A DNA stretch of 61,162 nucleotides, filler included, from Deltaproteobacteria bacterium (lineage in GTDB: Bacteria; JACQOV01), in NCBI GenBank assembly GCA_016202395.1. It is 4 parts of 4 records of this genome, joined end to end, with 100 filler letters (N's around TTAATTAATTAA, not from the genome) between each part and the next. Parts side by side here need not be neighbours in the genome. Positions count along the whole stretch, not along the records: positions 29,624 to 52,067 come from JACQOV010000016.1; positions 52,168 to 57,696 come from JACQOV010000024.1; 2 more parts are not named here. The stretch is one strand, 5' to 3'. The notes beneath the pieces were generated by a model. It was not told where the DNA came from. It did not search any database and saw only the letters and a list, made by a program, of their open reading frames with translations. Made by a program: the position numbers and the translations under genes. Shown piece by piece: positions 47,229-54,856 of the stretch. Position 1 is the first letter of the stretch. Each line of letters starts with the position of its first letter.

Positions 47229-47229
47229 C

Positions 47230-48561
47230 ATGGCAGAAGAGTCGCTGACTTATCAAAGAATTGATCAAGACGTTCTCAAAACTCTCGAGAGGCCGGGGAA
47301 GAAGTATTTTATTCTATTGGGGGGAGTTCTCGCGGTCTTTTTGGTAGGGCTTGCTGCTTTTATAAATCAGGTGCGGATGGGATTGGGAATGGCGGGCTAC
47401 ACCCATCCTGTCATGTGGGCCGTCTACATCACCGACTTTGTCTTTTGGGTTGGTATTGCTCACTGTGGCACCTTAATCTCAGCCATCCTTTTCCTGTTTC
47501 GAGCTCGTTTCCGACGGGCAGTCTACCGCACCTCGGAGGCGATGACGGTTTTTGCTGTTATGACCGCAGGGCTTTTCCCGTTGATTCACTTGGGGCGCAT
47601 CTGGAACTTCTATTGGCTCTTTCCCTATCCGAACCAACGTCAACTTTGGGTCAATTTTAAATCCCCCCTCATCTGGGATGTTTTTGCGGTGAGCACCTAT
47701 TTTACGGTGAGCGCGACCTTCTTTATTGTCGGTTTGATCCCCGATATCGCTGTGGCTCGGGATCATGCAAAAAATCGGTTTCGGAAGACCCTTTACACGA
47801 TTCTTTCGCTCGGATGGCGCGGGACCGATCAGGAATGGCGGCATTATTACAAGGCCTATCTCTTCTTTGCTGCGTTGGCGACCCCGCTCGTTCTCTCGGT
47901 GCATAGCGTGGTCTCCTGGGATTTTGCCGTGTCGATCGTTCCCGGTTGGCACACCACGATCTTTGCCCCTTATTTTGTGGCCGGAGCGATTTTTTCAGGG
48001 GTGGGAATGGTCATTACACTCCTGATTCCCCTTCGAAAGGCTTTTCACCTCGAGAAGTACATCACGGTCGAGTACCACTTGGATCGGCTTGCCAAGCTCG
48101 TTCTTCTCACCAGTGGAATCGTAACCTATGCTTACGGCTGTGAATTTTTCTTGTCCTGGTATAGCGGCAATCCCATTGAAAAAGAGGCGTTTTTCAACCG
48201 AGCCTTTGGCGATTTTTGGTGGGCTACCTGGATTATGATTACGTGCAACTGTTTTATTCCGCCCCTACTTTTCATTAAGAAGGTCCGTCACAATATTAAG
48301 GCGTTATTTATTATTTCGATCTTTGTGAATATCGGGATGTGGTTTGAGCGATTTGTGATTATCGTGATCTCCCTTTCGCATGAATACATCCCCTATGCGT
48401 GGGGGAGTTACAAAATCTCTCCGACCGAGATCGCGATTACGGCGGGGAGTTTTGCGTGGTTTTTCTTATGGTTCTTGCTCTTTGTGAAACTTTTGCCGTC
48501 GGTTTCGATGACGGAAATGAAAGAGCTGGTGAAACCACCGAAGAGGATGGGGCAATCTTGA
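47230..48561 (+). CDS. actC: Alternative complex III NrfD-like subunit
   Basis: FVFWVGIAH.GTLISAIL, NFKSPLIWD, SVHSVVSWDF and GWHTTIF motifs. Confidence 0.95.
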   Translation: MAEESLTYQRIDQDVLKTLERPGKKYFILLGGVLAVFLVGLAAFINQVRMGLGMAGYTHPVMWAVYITDFVFWVGIAHCGTLISAILFLFRARFRRAVYRTSEAMTVFAVMTAGLFPLIHLGRIWNFYWLFPYPNQRQLWVNFKSPLIWDVFAVSTYFTVSATFFIVGLIPDIAVARDHAKNRFRKTLYTILSLGWRGTDQEWRHYYKAYLFFAALATPLVLSVHSVVSWDFAVSIVPGWHTTIFAPYFVAGAIFSGVGMVITLLIPLRKAFHLEKYITVEYHLDRLAKLVLLTSGIVTYAYGCEFFLSWYSGNPIEKEAFFNRAFGDFWWATWIMITCNCFIPPLLFIKKVRHNIKALFIISIFVNIGMWFERFVIIVISLSHEYIPYAWGSYKISPTEIAITAGSFAWFFLWFLLFVKLLPSVSMTEMKELVKPPKRMGQS

Positions 48562-49115
48562 TGTTGAAGTTTATTAGAAACATACTAGCTCGCTTTGATA
48601 AAACCTCTGGCCCCGGGGTTTTGGCGGTGTTTTATTATGTCGATGCCGCCGCCGAGGCCATTCAGGGATTGAAGCAACAGGGATACAAGGACCTTACCGT
48701 TTTTTCTGCGGTGCCGCATCATTCGATTGAAGAGATTTTGGATCACCGAGCGAGCCCTGTTCGCTATTTTACATTGTTCGGTGGAATCTTAGGTTGCTTG
48801 AGTGGTTATGCCTTTACGGTGTGGACCTCCCTCGATTGGGAACTCCCGCTTGCGGGAAAACCTGTTGTTTCTATCCCACCGTATACCGTTATTATGTTTG
48901 AGTTGACGATTCTGTTTGGAGCTCTTTTTACCCTTTTAGGGTTGGTTTTGACGGCGAGGCTTCCGCATCTGGGGAGTCATCGGGTTTATGATCCGCGATT
49001 TAGTGGAGATCGGGTGGGTGTTTTTGTGCGGTGTGAGAAGGGGAAATCGGTTCGGTTGGAGGAGTTTTTGAAGCAGGTGGGAGCGGAGGAGGTGCGATTT
49101 GAAGGCGGTGTGTAA
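48561..49115 (+). CDS. actD: Alternative complex III subunit (DUF3341)
   Basis: W.L..AGKP..P....FELTIL..YDPRFS motifs. Confidence 0.9.
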   Translation: MLKFIRNILARFDKTSGPGVLAVFYYVDAAAEAIQGLKQQGYKDLTVFSAVPHHSIEEILDHRASPVRYFTLFGGILGCLSGYAFTVWTSLDWELPLAGKPVVSIPPYTVIMFELTILFGALFTLLGLVLTARLPHLGSHRVYDPRFSGDRVGVFVRCEKGKSVRLEEFLKQVGAEEVRFEGGV

Positions 49116-49122
49116 AAAGAAC

Positions 49123-49689
49123 ATGTCGAACCAACGGATCCTGTCCTTCCGCTTCCCCCAGCCGTGCTCCACTGTCCGCGCGGCTGGGGGGCCCCCGCGA
49201 GATGCCACCCGTTTGTTCCGAAACGGGCTAATTATTTTTGTGTTACTGGGATTGGGGAATAGTTGGGGGATGCCGTGGAGCACCGATTTGTACGATCAAG
49301 AGTCTATGAAGCCTCAAGAGCTGCAGATTCAGGTTCCGGAGGATTCTATTCCTGTGGATGGAAAGACCGAGCGGGTTCCGAGAGACGTTGCGGACAAAAC
49401 ACTCAAAAACCCCATTCCTTCCACTTCAGAGTCTATTGAGATTGGGAAACAACGATTCGAGATTACCTGTTCTCCCTGCCATGGCCTTTCAGGGAAGGGG
49501 GAGGGGCCCGTGTCGAAGAAGTTTATTCCTCCTCCCGATCTCACAGGAGACTTCGTTCAAGCGAGGAGTGATGGCTACGTTTTTGGAACAATCACCAATG
49601 GAGGAGCGATTATGCCTTCGTATCGAGTTCAGCTTTCTCCAGAGCAGAGGTGGCATATTGTTAATTACATTCGGTCGTTGAAGAAATAA
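49123..49689 (+). CDS. actE: Alternative complex III monoheme cytochrome c
   Basis: CSPCHG and MPSY..RW.IVNYIR; the N-terminus contains a family-B repeat. Confidence 0.88.
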   Translation: MSNQRILSFRFPQPCSTVRAAGGPPRDATRLFRNGLIIFVLLGLGNSWGMPWSTDLYDQESMKPQELQIQVPEDSIPVDGKTERVPRDVADKTLKNPIPSTSESIEIGKQRFEITCSPCHGLSGKGEGPVSKKFIPPPDLTGDFVQARSDGYVFGTITNGGAIMPSYRVQLSPEQRWHIVNYIRSLKK

Positions 49690-49693
49690 AATT

Positions 49694-50941
49694 ATGAGCG
49701 CATCCGAAATCTTACAGTATCTGAGTCCAAGGCAAAAACAGGTTTCTAAAGGCCTGTTGTTTTTATTATCCGGCCTTGTTGCTGTTGGGGCCGTGGCTTT
49801 TATCGTTGGCATCCAAGGAGCTAGCCCCAGCCGGATCTGGACTGCCTATCTTGTTAACTTTGTTTACTGGACCGGGATTGCGCAAGGAGCCATCCTTTTA
49901 GCGGTAGCTCGCCAGATTGTTAATGCAGGATGGGGAAAAGCGATTCATCGAATCGCCCAAAGTTTCTCCCTTTTTCTCCCGGTCTCGTTTCTTCTCTTTT
50001 GGATCCTCTTTTTTGGACGTCACGAGTTATTCGAATGGGTTCGTCATCCTGTTCCTGAGAAAGCCGCATGGTTGAACACCCCTTTCCTATTCCTTCGTGA
50101 TGGGTTGGGGCTACTCCTCCTTTTTGGATTGAGCCTGCGATTTGTTCTTTTATCCCTAAGAGAAGATCTTATTCTTACTGTCGATCATCTCAGTGATTGG
50201 AGGAAGAATCTTTACACCCGTTTGATTCAGAGATGTCCCGATGAAGAAAAGACGAAGAGGCAACTTGCGATTCTCTCCCCTATTGTTGTCATTGCGTATG
50301 CCGTTGTTTTCACGATTCTTGCTTGGGATCTGATCATGTCGCTGGATCCTCATTGGGTGAGCACCCTTTTCGGAGCTTTCTACTTTGTGGGATCTTTCTT
50401 CAGTGGACTCATCCTAATTTCGATTGTGGCCATTTTTCTCCGTTGGAGGCTGGGTTTGGATCGTTGGATTGGGACATCGACTCTGCATGACATGGGGAAA
50501 CTGGTTTTTGCTTTCTCGATTTTCTGGACCTATTTCTTTTGGTCACAATATTTGGTTATTTGGTATGGCAACCTTCCCGAGGAAACAGAGTGGTTTGCTA
50601 AACGCCAGTTTGGGCCTTATCGGAATCTCTCCCACCTTGTTTTGTGCCTAAACTTTTTGGCTCCCTTTATTCTGCTCCTCGTTCGGAAGGTGAAAGAGAC
50701 GGCCTGGGCCTTTGGCGCTATCGCTTTTATTCCGTTGATTGGGATGTGGCTGGAGCGCTACGTTTTGGTAGCTCCTTCGGTTTTAGGGACGACACAGGTG
50801 TGGCTGGGGCTTCCAGAGGCTCTGATCAGTTTAGGCTTTGCGGCTCTATTCTTCCTCTGCTTTTTGGCCTTCTTCCGCACCTTCCCGATCCTCCCCGTTC
50901 AAGACCTCTCAGAAGGGAGTTCCACTCATTCTCATTCCTGA
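49694..50941 (+). CDS. actF: Alternative complex III membrane subunit
   Basis: DLIMSLDPHWVSTLFG, HDMGKL and QYLVIWYGNLPEET motifs. Confidence 0.92.
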   Translation: MSASEILQYLSPRQKQVSKGLLFLLSGLVAVGAVAFIVGIQGASPSRIWTAYLVNFVYWTGIAQGAILLAVARQIVNAGWGKAIHRIAQSFSLFLPVSFLLFWILFFGRHELFEWVRHPVPEKAAWLNTPFLFLRDGLGLLLLFGLSLRFVLLSLREDLILTVDHLSDWRKNLYTRLIQRCPDEEKTKRQLAILSPIVVIAYAVVFTILAWDLIMSLDPHWVSTLFGAFYFVGSFFSGLILISIVAIFLRWRLGLDRWIGTSTLHDMGKLVFAFSIFWTYFFWSQYLVIWYGNLPEETEWFAKRQFGPYRNLSHLVLCLNFLAPFILLLVRKVKETAWAFGAIAFIPLIGMWLERYVLVAPSVLGTTQVWLGLPEALISLGFAALFFLCFLAFFRTFPILPVQDLSEGSSTHSHS

Positions 50942-50944
50942 AAA

Positions 50945-51964
50945 TCAATAAGGGGCGATTTCTGGGTCTGATATGGTTTGCAAGGCTCTCAGGAGGTCCG
51001 ATAAGGGGGCGTTCAGAGAGTCGGTGTCCGTTGTTCGCAATTCATAGAAGAGGGTCTCTACCGTACTCGGGTCGATACCTCCTTCCCGATAAGCGATGGG
51101 CCCGTCTTTTCTCACAACGGCCGAAAAGCTTACGCGTCCAATTACAGGGTCCCCGCCATTCCCTGTGCCGCCAGCTGCATAAAAGTTCGTTGATAGAAGT
51201 CTGGGATTAGGATCGAGCTCAAATTCTTTTCCTTTCGGTTTGAGCGTTAAAGTGAGCGGGAAGAGGTCGTCGTCCAATGTGCGACGGCCGGGTGTAAAAC
51301 GGACTTCGATGCTTTCGATCGACCCGCCTGATGGGGCACTGGCCTTGATGATATATGGGATGCGGGGGATTTTTTCAATCATCTCTTTTCGTGAATATTG
51401 GAAGATAGCGCCTGCAGCAGGCCGATATCCCTGAGGCGGTTCCTTCTCGTTCCTGTTGAACCATCTCGCAGGATTAAGGTATTTGAGGAAATTAAGGATA
51501 GAGTGCCCCGAATCGGGTTCGTCGGAGGCCCATCCTTGTGGATCCGTCCAACGCAGAGGGTTGTTTTGGACGTAGAGATAGGAGTCTGCTTCCATGGGTT
51601 GGCGGAACAGGAGAGGGTCGACGCTCAAGAATCGGCTCAAAATAGGATCCTGGTATCGGGCTTCGTAATAGTAAAGTTCAGCCTCGCGATCGAGATCTTT
51701 GCCGGTGAATTGAAAGGAGACAGCCCCCTCACCCCAACCCTCTCCCCTCTGGGGAGAGGGCGAAGGGTGAGGGGTTAAAATCTCGCCAAATGGGAAATAT
51801 TGAGTTGCCTGGGCCACAGAGCCGGTTGTGTTTGTGACGACAGCCGTGGATCCAAGGTGATCGGTGTGCAGGTAGAAAGTTTCAGCGGAGGCCATGCCTG
51901 CCTTCCCTAAAACCCCTACAAGAATGATTATCGCTATTTGGAGAAGAGTTTTCATAAGCTTCAT
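50945..51964 (-). CDS. Mini-Rhs 3: signal peptide + RHS core (with in-frame palindrome insertion) + variable C-terminus
   Basis: ..GMASA|ETFYLHTDHLGS..PFGE..FTGKDLD..YYYEARYQDP..RFLSVDP..DPQGW. Confidence 0.9.
   Translation of the reverse strand: MKLMKTLLQIAIIILVGVLGKAGMASAETFYLHTDHLGSTAVVTNTTGSVAQATQYFPFGEILTPHPSPSPQRGEGWGEGAVSFQFTGKDLDREAELYYYEARYQDPILSRFLSVDPLLFRQPMEADSYLYVQNNPLRWTDPQGWASDEPDSGHSILNFLKYLNPARWFNRNEKEPPQGYRPAAGAIFQYSRKEMIEKIPRIPYIIKASAPSGGSIESIEVRFTPGRRTLDDDLFPLTLTLKPKGKEFELDPNPRLLSTNFYAAGGTGNGGDPVIGRVSFSAVVRKDGPIAYREGGIDPSTVETLFYELRTTDTDSLNAPLSDLLRALQTISDPEIAPY
51725..51774. repeat. CCCTCACCC..GGGTGAGGG palindrome (family F), inside a CDS
   Basis: cccctcaccccaaccctctcccctctggggagagggcgaagggtgagggg. 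Confidence 0.9.
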
Positions 51965-51987
51965 AGGCTGCTGAAAAAGCCACTTTT

Positions 51988-52067
51988 TGTCATTGCGAGG
52001 ACCCTGAGCGGAGCGAAAGGGGCCGAAGCAATCCCCTGGAGATTGCTTCGCTTCGCTCGCAATGACA
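51988..52067. repeat. Family-E REP doublet at a contig end
   Basis: tgtcattgcgag / ctcgcaatgaca with internal cgaagcaatc / gattgcttcg. Confidence 0.85.
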
Positions 52068-52167
52068 NNNNNNNNNNNNNNNNNNNNNNNNNNNNNNNNN
52101 NNNNNNNNNNNTTAATTAATTAANNNNNNNNNNNNNNNNNNNNNNNNNNNNNNNNNNNNNNNNNNNN
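52068..52167. other. Artificial contig linker
   Basis: N run containing TTAATTAATTAA. Confidence 0.97.
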
Positions 52168-52320
52168 ACACTATATAGCTCTCGGTTTTGAATAAAATAA
52201 GGGGATTATTGTAAATTTGAACAGCAGAAAGCATCGCTTCGCGAGCTTTCATGATTAAATCGACTTTTTCAGAATATATAGTTTTCCTCATTGCTTTCTA
52301 ATTCTACTCTTGTATACTAT

Positions 52321-52487
52321 AAATTCAGGGGACACGAACCTTAATTCAGAAAAGTTTGCATAGTTCCGAAAGGATCGTTTAACCAACAAGCGTGGCACCC
52401 CCCTTGGTATAACATAAATAACATATCTATGTTATTTGTGTTGCATAAATAACATATAGAAATTCAGGGGACACGAACCTTAATTCA
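52321..52487. repeat. 28-bp direct repeat pair enclosing an AT-rich palindrome
   Basis: aaattcaggggacacgaaccttaattca at 52321 and 52460. Confidence 0.85.
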
Positions 52488-52505
52488 AACTTGAGGCTCA
52501 AAATG

Positions 52506-52578
<73 letters not shown>

Positions 52579-52582
52579 AAAT

Positions 52583-53482
52583 TCATATACTTCCCCTCAC
52601 CCCAACCCTCTCCCCTTTGGGGAGAGGGAGTAAGGGTGAGGGGGATATCTCCCCTTGAGCAACGATCGTGTCTCTAATCCCCTCTTTCGATAGAGCCTCT
52701 TGCGCCTTTTTAGCCGTCTCCTCCGAAGAGAAAAGCCCAAAAAACGTGGATCCAGATCCGGACATTCCAGCAATCTCAGCTCCACAATGCCGCAATTGCT
52801 CTTTCATTTCTTTCAACTCCGGCCACTGCTCCGTCACCCAAGGCTCAAAATCATTAATAATATAAGATTTTAAGTCGCTCATCCCGTGGTAAATTTGGGG
52901 CAGGGTGACTGGCTCTCTTTCTTTTGTCAACCGAAGAGCCCCGTAGGCCTGCGCCGTTGAAACAAATATCTTAGAAAAGGCTAAAAGATACCAAAGACTG
53001 GGAAATTTGTCGATGGGCTCTAGCTCCTCTCCAATCCCTCGAGCGATAGCAGGAGAACCCCCTAGAAAAAAAGGGAGATCGGCCCCCAACTCTCGCGCGA
53101 TCTTTTGGGGGGAAAGATCGAGTGGAATCCCCCACAAAGAGGCGAGCCCCCGCAACACCGCTGCCGCATCGCTGCTTCCTCCCCCCAATCCTGCTCCGAC
53201 GGGGATCCTCTTTTGAAGCTCGATCTCAACTCCTCCATCGATTTTAAAGCGCTCAAAAAAATACTCTGCCGCGCGGTAAGCCAGATTCTCACGGTTGGAA
53301 GGGACCACCGACGGCGCCACCTTCAAGAGAACCCCCTTCACCCTCTTGCGAAGAAGAACCTCATCCCCCCATGAAAGCCGTTGCATTAAGCTCAAGATCT
53401 CATGGTAGCCATCCGACCGTTTTCGAAGCACTTGAAGGATGAGATTCACTTTCGCAGGGGCCAGCAGTTTGATTGCTTCCAT
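52583..53482 (-). CDS. ispE: CDP-ME kinase
   Basis: APAKVNL, GYHEI, IPVGAGLGGGSSDAAA, GADLPFF, NDFE and MSGSGS motifs. Confidence 0.96.
   Translation of the reverse strand: MEAIKLLAPAKVNLILQVLRKRSDGYHEILSLMQRLSWGDEVLLRKRVKGVLLKVAPSVVPSNRENLAYRAAEYFFERFKIDGGVEIELQKRIPVGAGLGGGSSDAAAVLRGLASLWGIPLDLSPQKIARELGADLPFFLGGSPAIARGIGEELEPIDKFPSLWYLLAFSKIFVSTAQAYGALRLTKEREPVTLPQIYHGMSDLKSYIINDFEPWVTEQWPELKEMKEQLRHCGAEIAGMSGSGSTFFGLFSSEETAKKAQEALSKEGIRDTIVAQGEISPSPLLPLPKGERVGVRGSI
52593..52643. repeat. Family-F palindrome encoding the IspE C-terminus
   Basis: cccctcaccccaaccctctcccctttggggagagggagtaagggtgagggg. Confidence 0.9.
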
Positions 53483-53527
53483 TTTTTTACCTTGCCTTCA
53501 AATTACGATTCTCTTATACTATCGCCC

Positions 53528-54373
53528 ATGACAAAACCCAAAGTTTTGGCATTGATCGATCTCCCAAAATCGCTCTCCTTGGCCTTGACCCAGGCCGGCT
53601 ACACCGTTCAAGTGATCCCAGAGCTTGCGACCCTGCCGGAAACTTTGGTTCCGAGTCAACCGATCCTCTTTTGCGATAGCTCCCTCTGGAAAAAGGAGGC
53701 AAAAAAGATCGGGAAGATCCGCCAATCCTTAGAACCCAGTTTCTGGATCGTTGTAGCACAAGGGAAGAAAACCGTGAAGATCCCCCAAAATTCCCCTTTT
53801 GATGAATACCTTCGCTGGCCCTGCTCCACCCAAGAGCTCCAAAACAGGATCCAAACGGGGTTCCGAATTTTGTCGCTCCAAAAAAAGATTGAAGAAGCGC
53901 GCCAAAAGATGGGAAATCTTAAAGATCCTGAAACGGGGTTAGCCAATGAATATCTTCTAGATTCCGTTTTGGCCTACGAGTTACAAAGAGCCAAAAGGTA
54001 TCAACTCCCTCTCGCCTGTTTAGTCACCCGTTCGGATGCCAAGAAAATCTCTCCATTTCATTTGGAGGAATGCTTAAATTTTTTCCAAAAAACGATTCGA
54101 GAAACCGATTATCTTTTTGAGATCGAGGATTCGAAGCTCTTGATCTTGATGCCACACACCGAAAGAGTCAACGCTTTGAGTTTTACGGAAAGGATCCGAA
54201 AGCAAACCGCAGGGGAATCTTCAAAAACCTCGGTCAGTTTTGGGATCGCCGCCTATCCTAACAATCCTGCCTCCGAGGGGCGTCAATTGCTCCAATGGGC
54301 CTCCAAAGCGTTGGAACAGGCAAAGAAGAGAGGCGGGAATCAGGCCTCGCTCTACCGCGAAACCGAATCTTAG
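53528..54373 (+). CDS. Degenerate receiver-like + degenerate GGDEF protein
   Basis: DPETGLAN, YELQRAKRY, RETD, SVSFGIA and AKKRGGN motifs; GG(D/E)EF replaced. Confidence 0.8.
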   Translation: MTKPKVLALIDLPKSLSLALTQAGYTVQVIPELATLPETLVPSQPILFCDSSLWKKEAKKIGKIRQSLEPSFWIVVAQGKKTVKIPQNSPFDEYLRWPCSTQELQNRIQTGFRILSLQKKIEEARQKMGNLKDPETGLANEYLLDSVLAYELQRAKRYQLPLACLVTRSDAKKISPFHLEECLNFFQKTIRETDYLFEIEDSKLLILMPHTERVNALSFTERIRKQTAGESSKTSVSFGIAAYPNNPASEGRQLLQWASKALEQAKKRGGNQASLYRETES

Positions 54374-54379
54374 TGGACA

Positions 54380-54460
54380 CTGGATTCCCGCTTCCGCGGG
54401 AATGACAACAAATACGTCATCCCCGCGTCCACCGTCATCCCCGCGAAAGCGGGGATCCAG
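54380..54460. repeat. Family-A REP cluster downstream of the GIY-YIG gene
   Basis: 54380-54406 (reverse), partial 54415-54427, 54433-54460 (forward). Confidence 0.92.
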
Positions 54461-54492
54461 CCCCTCTTCTGAACTCTTCAAAAACCCCTGTT

Positions 54493-54783
54493 TCAAAGAA
54501 TCTCCTCCCACAAGTCTCTCCACTCAGGGTTCTGCTCCTCGATCCATTTCAACTTCCAGGCCCTATTCCATTTCTTTACCTGTTTTTCCCTACGAATAGC
54601 CGACTCCATATCCTCATGCAACTCGTAGTAAACTAAACGATGAACTCCGTATCTCTTCGTGAAACCCTCAACCTCATCGTTTCTGTGTTCCCAAACACGT
54701 TTGGGGAGATCGCTTGTTACCCCAATGTAAAGGGTGCCGTTCCGCTTGCTGGCCAAGATGTAAACTGCTGGCTGTTTGGACAT
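54493..54783 (-). CDS. Small GIY-YIG nuclease
   Basis: AVYILAS.RNGTLYIGVT, R..EH, FTKRY, AIRREKQVKKWNR.WK and NP.W.DL motifs. Confidence 0.94.
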   Translation of the reverse strand: MSKQPAVYILASKRNGTLYIGVTSDLPKRVWEHRNDEVEGFTKRYGVHRLVYYELHEDMESAIRREKQVKKWNRAWKLKWIEEQNPEWRDLWEEIL

Positions 54784-54793
54784 AATAAAATTG

Positions 54794-54850
54794 CTGGATC
54801 CCCCTTTTCAGGGGGATGACGTTCTGGATTCCCGCTTCCGCGGGAATGAC
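54794..54850. repeat. Two family-A REPs upstream of the GIY-YIG gene
   Basis: ctggatcccccttttcagggggatgacg and ctggattcccgcttccgcgggaatgac. Confidence 0.92.
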
Positions 54851-54856
54851 ATTTTT

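Noticed and set aside
52321-52487. Possible CRISPR array
   Set aside because: Only two repeats, a 111-bp spacer and no cas genes.
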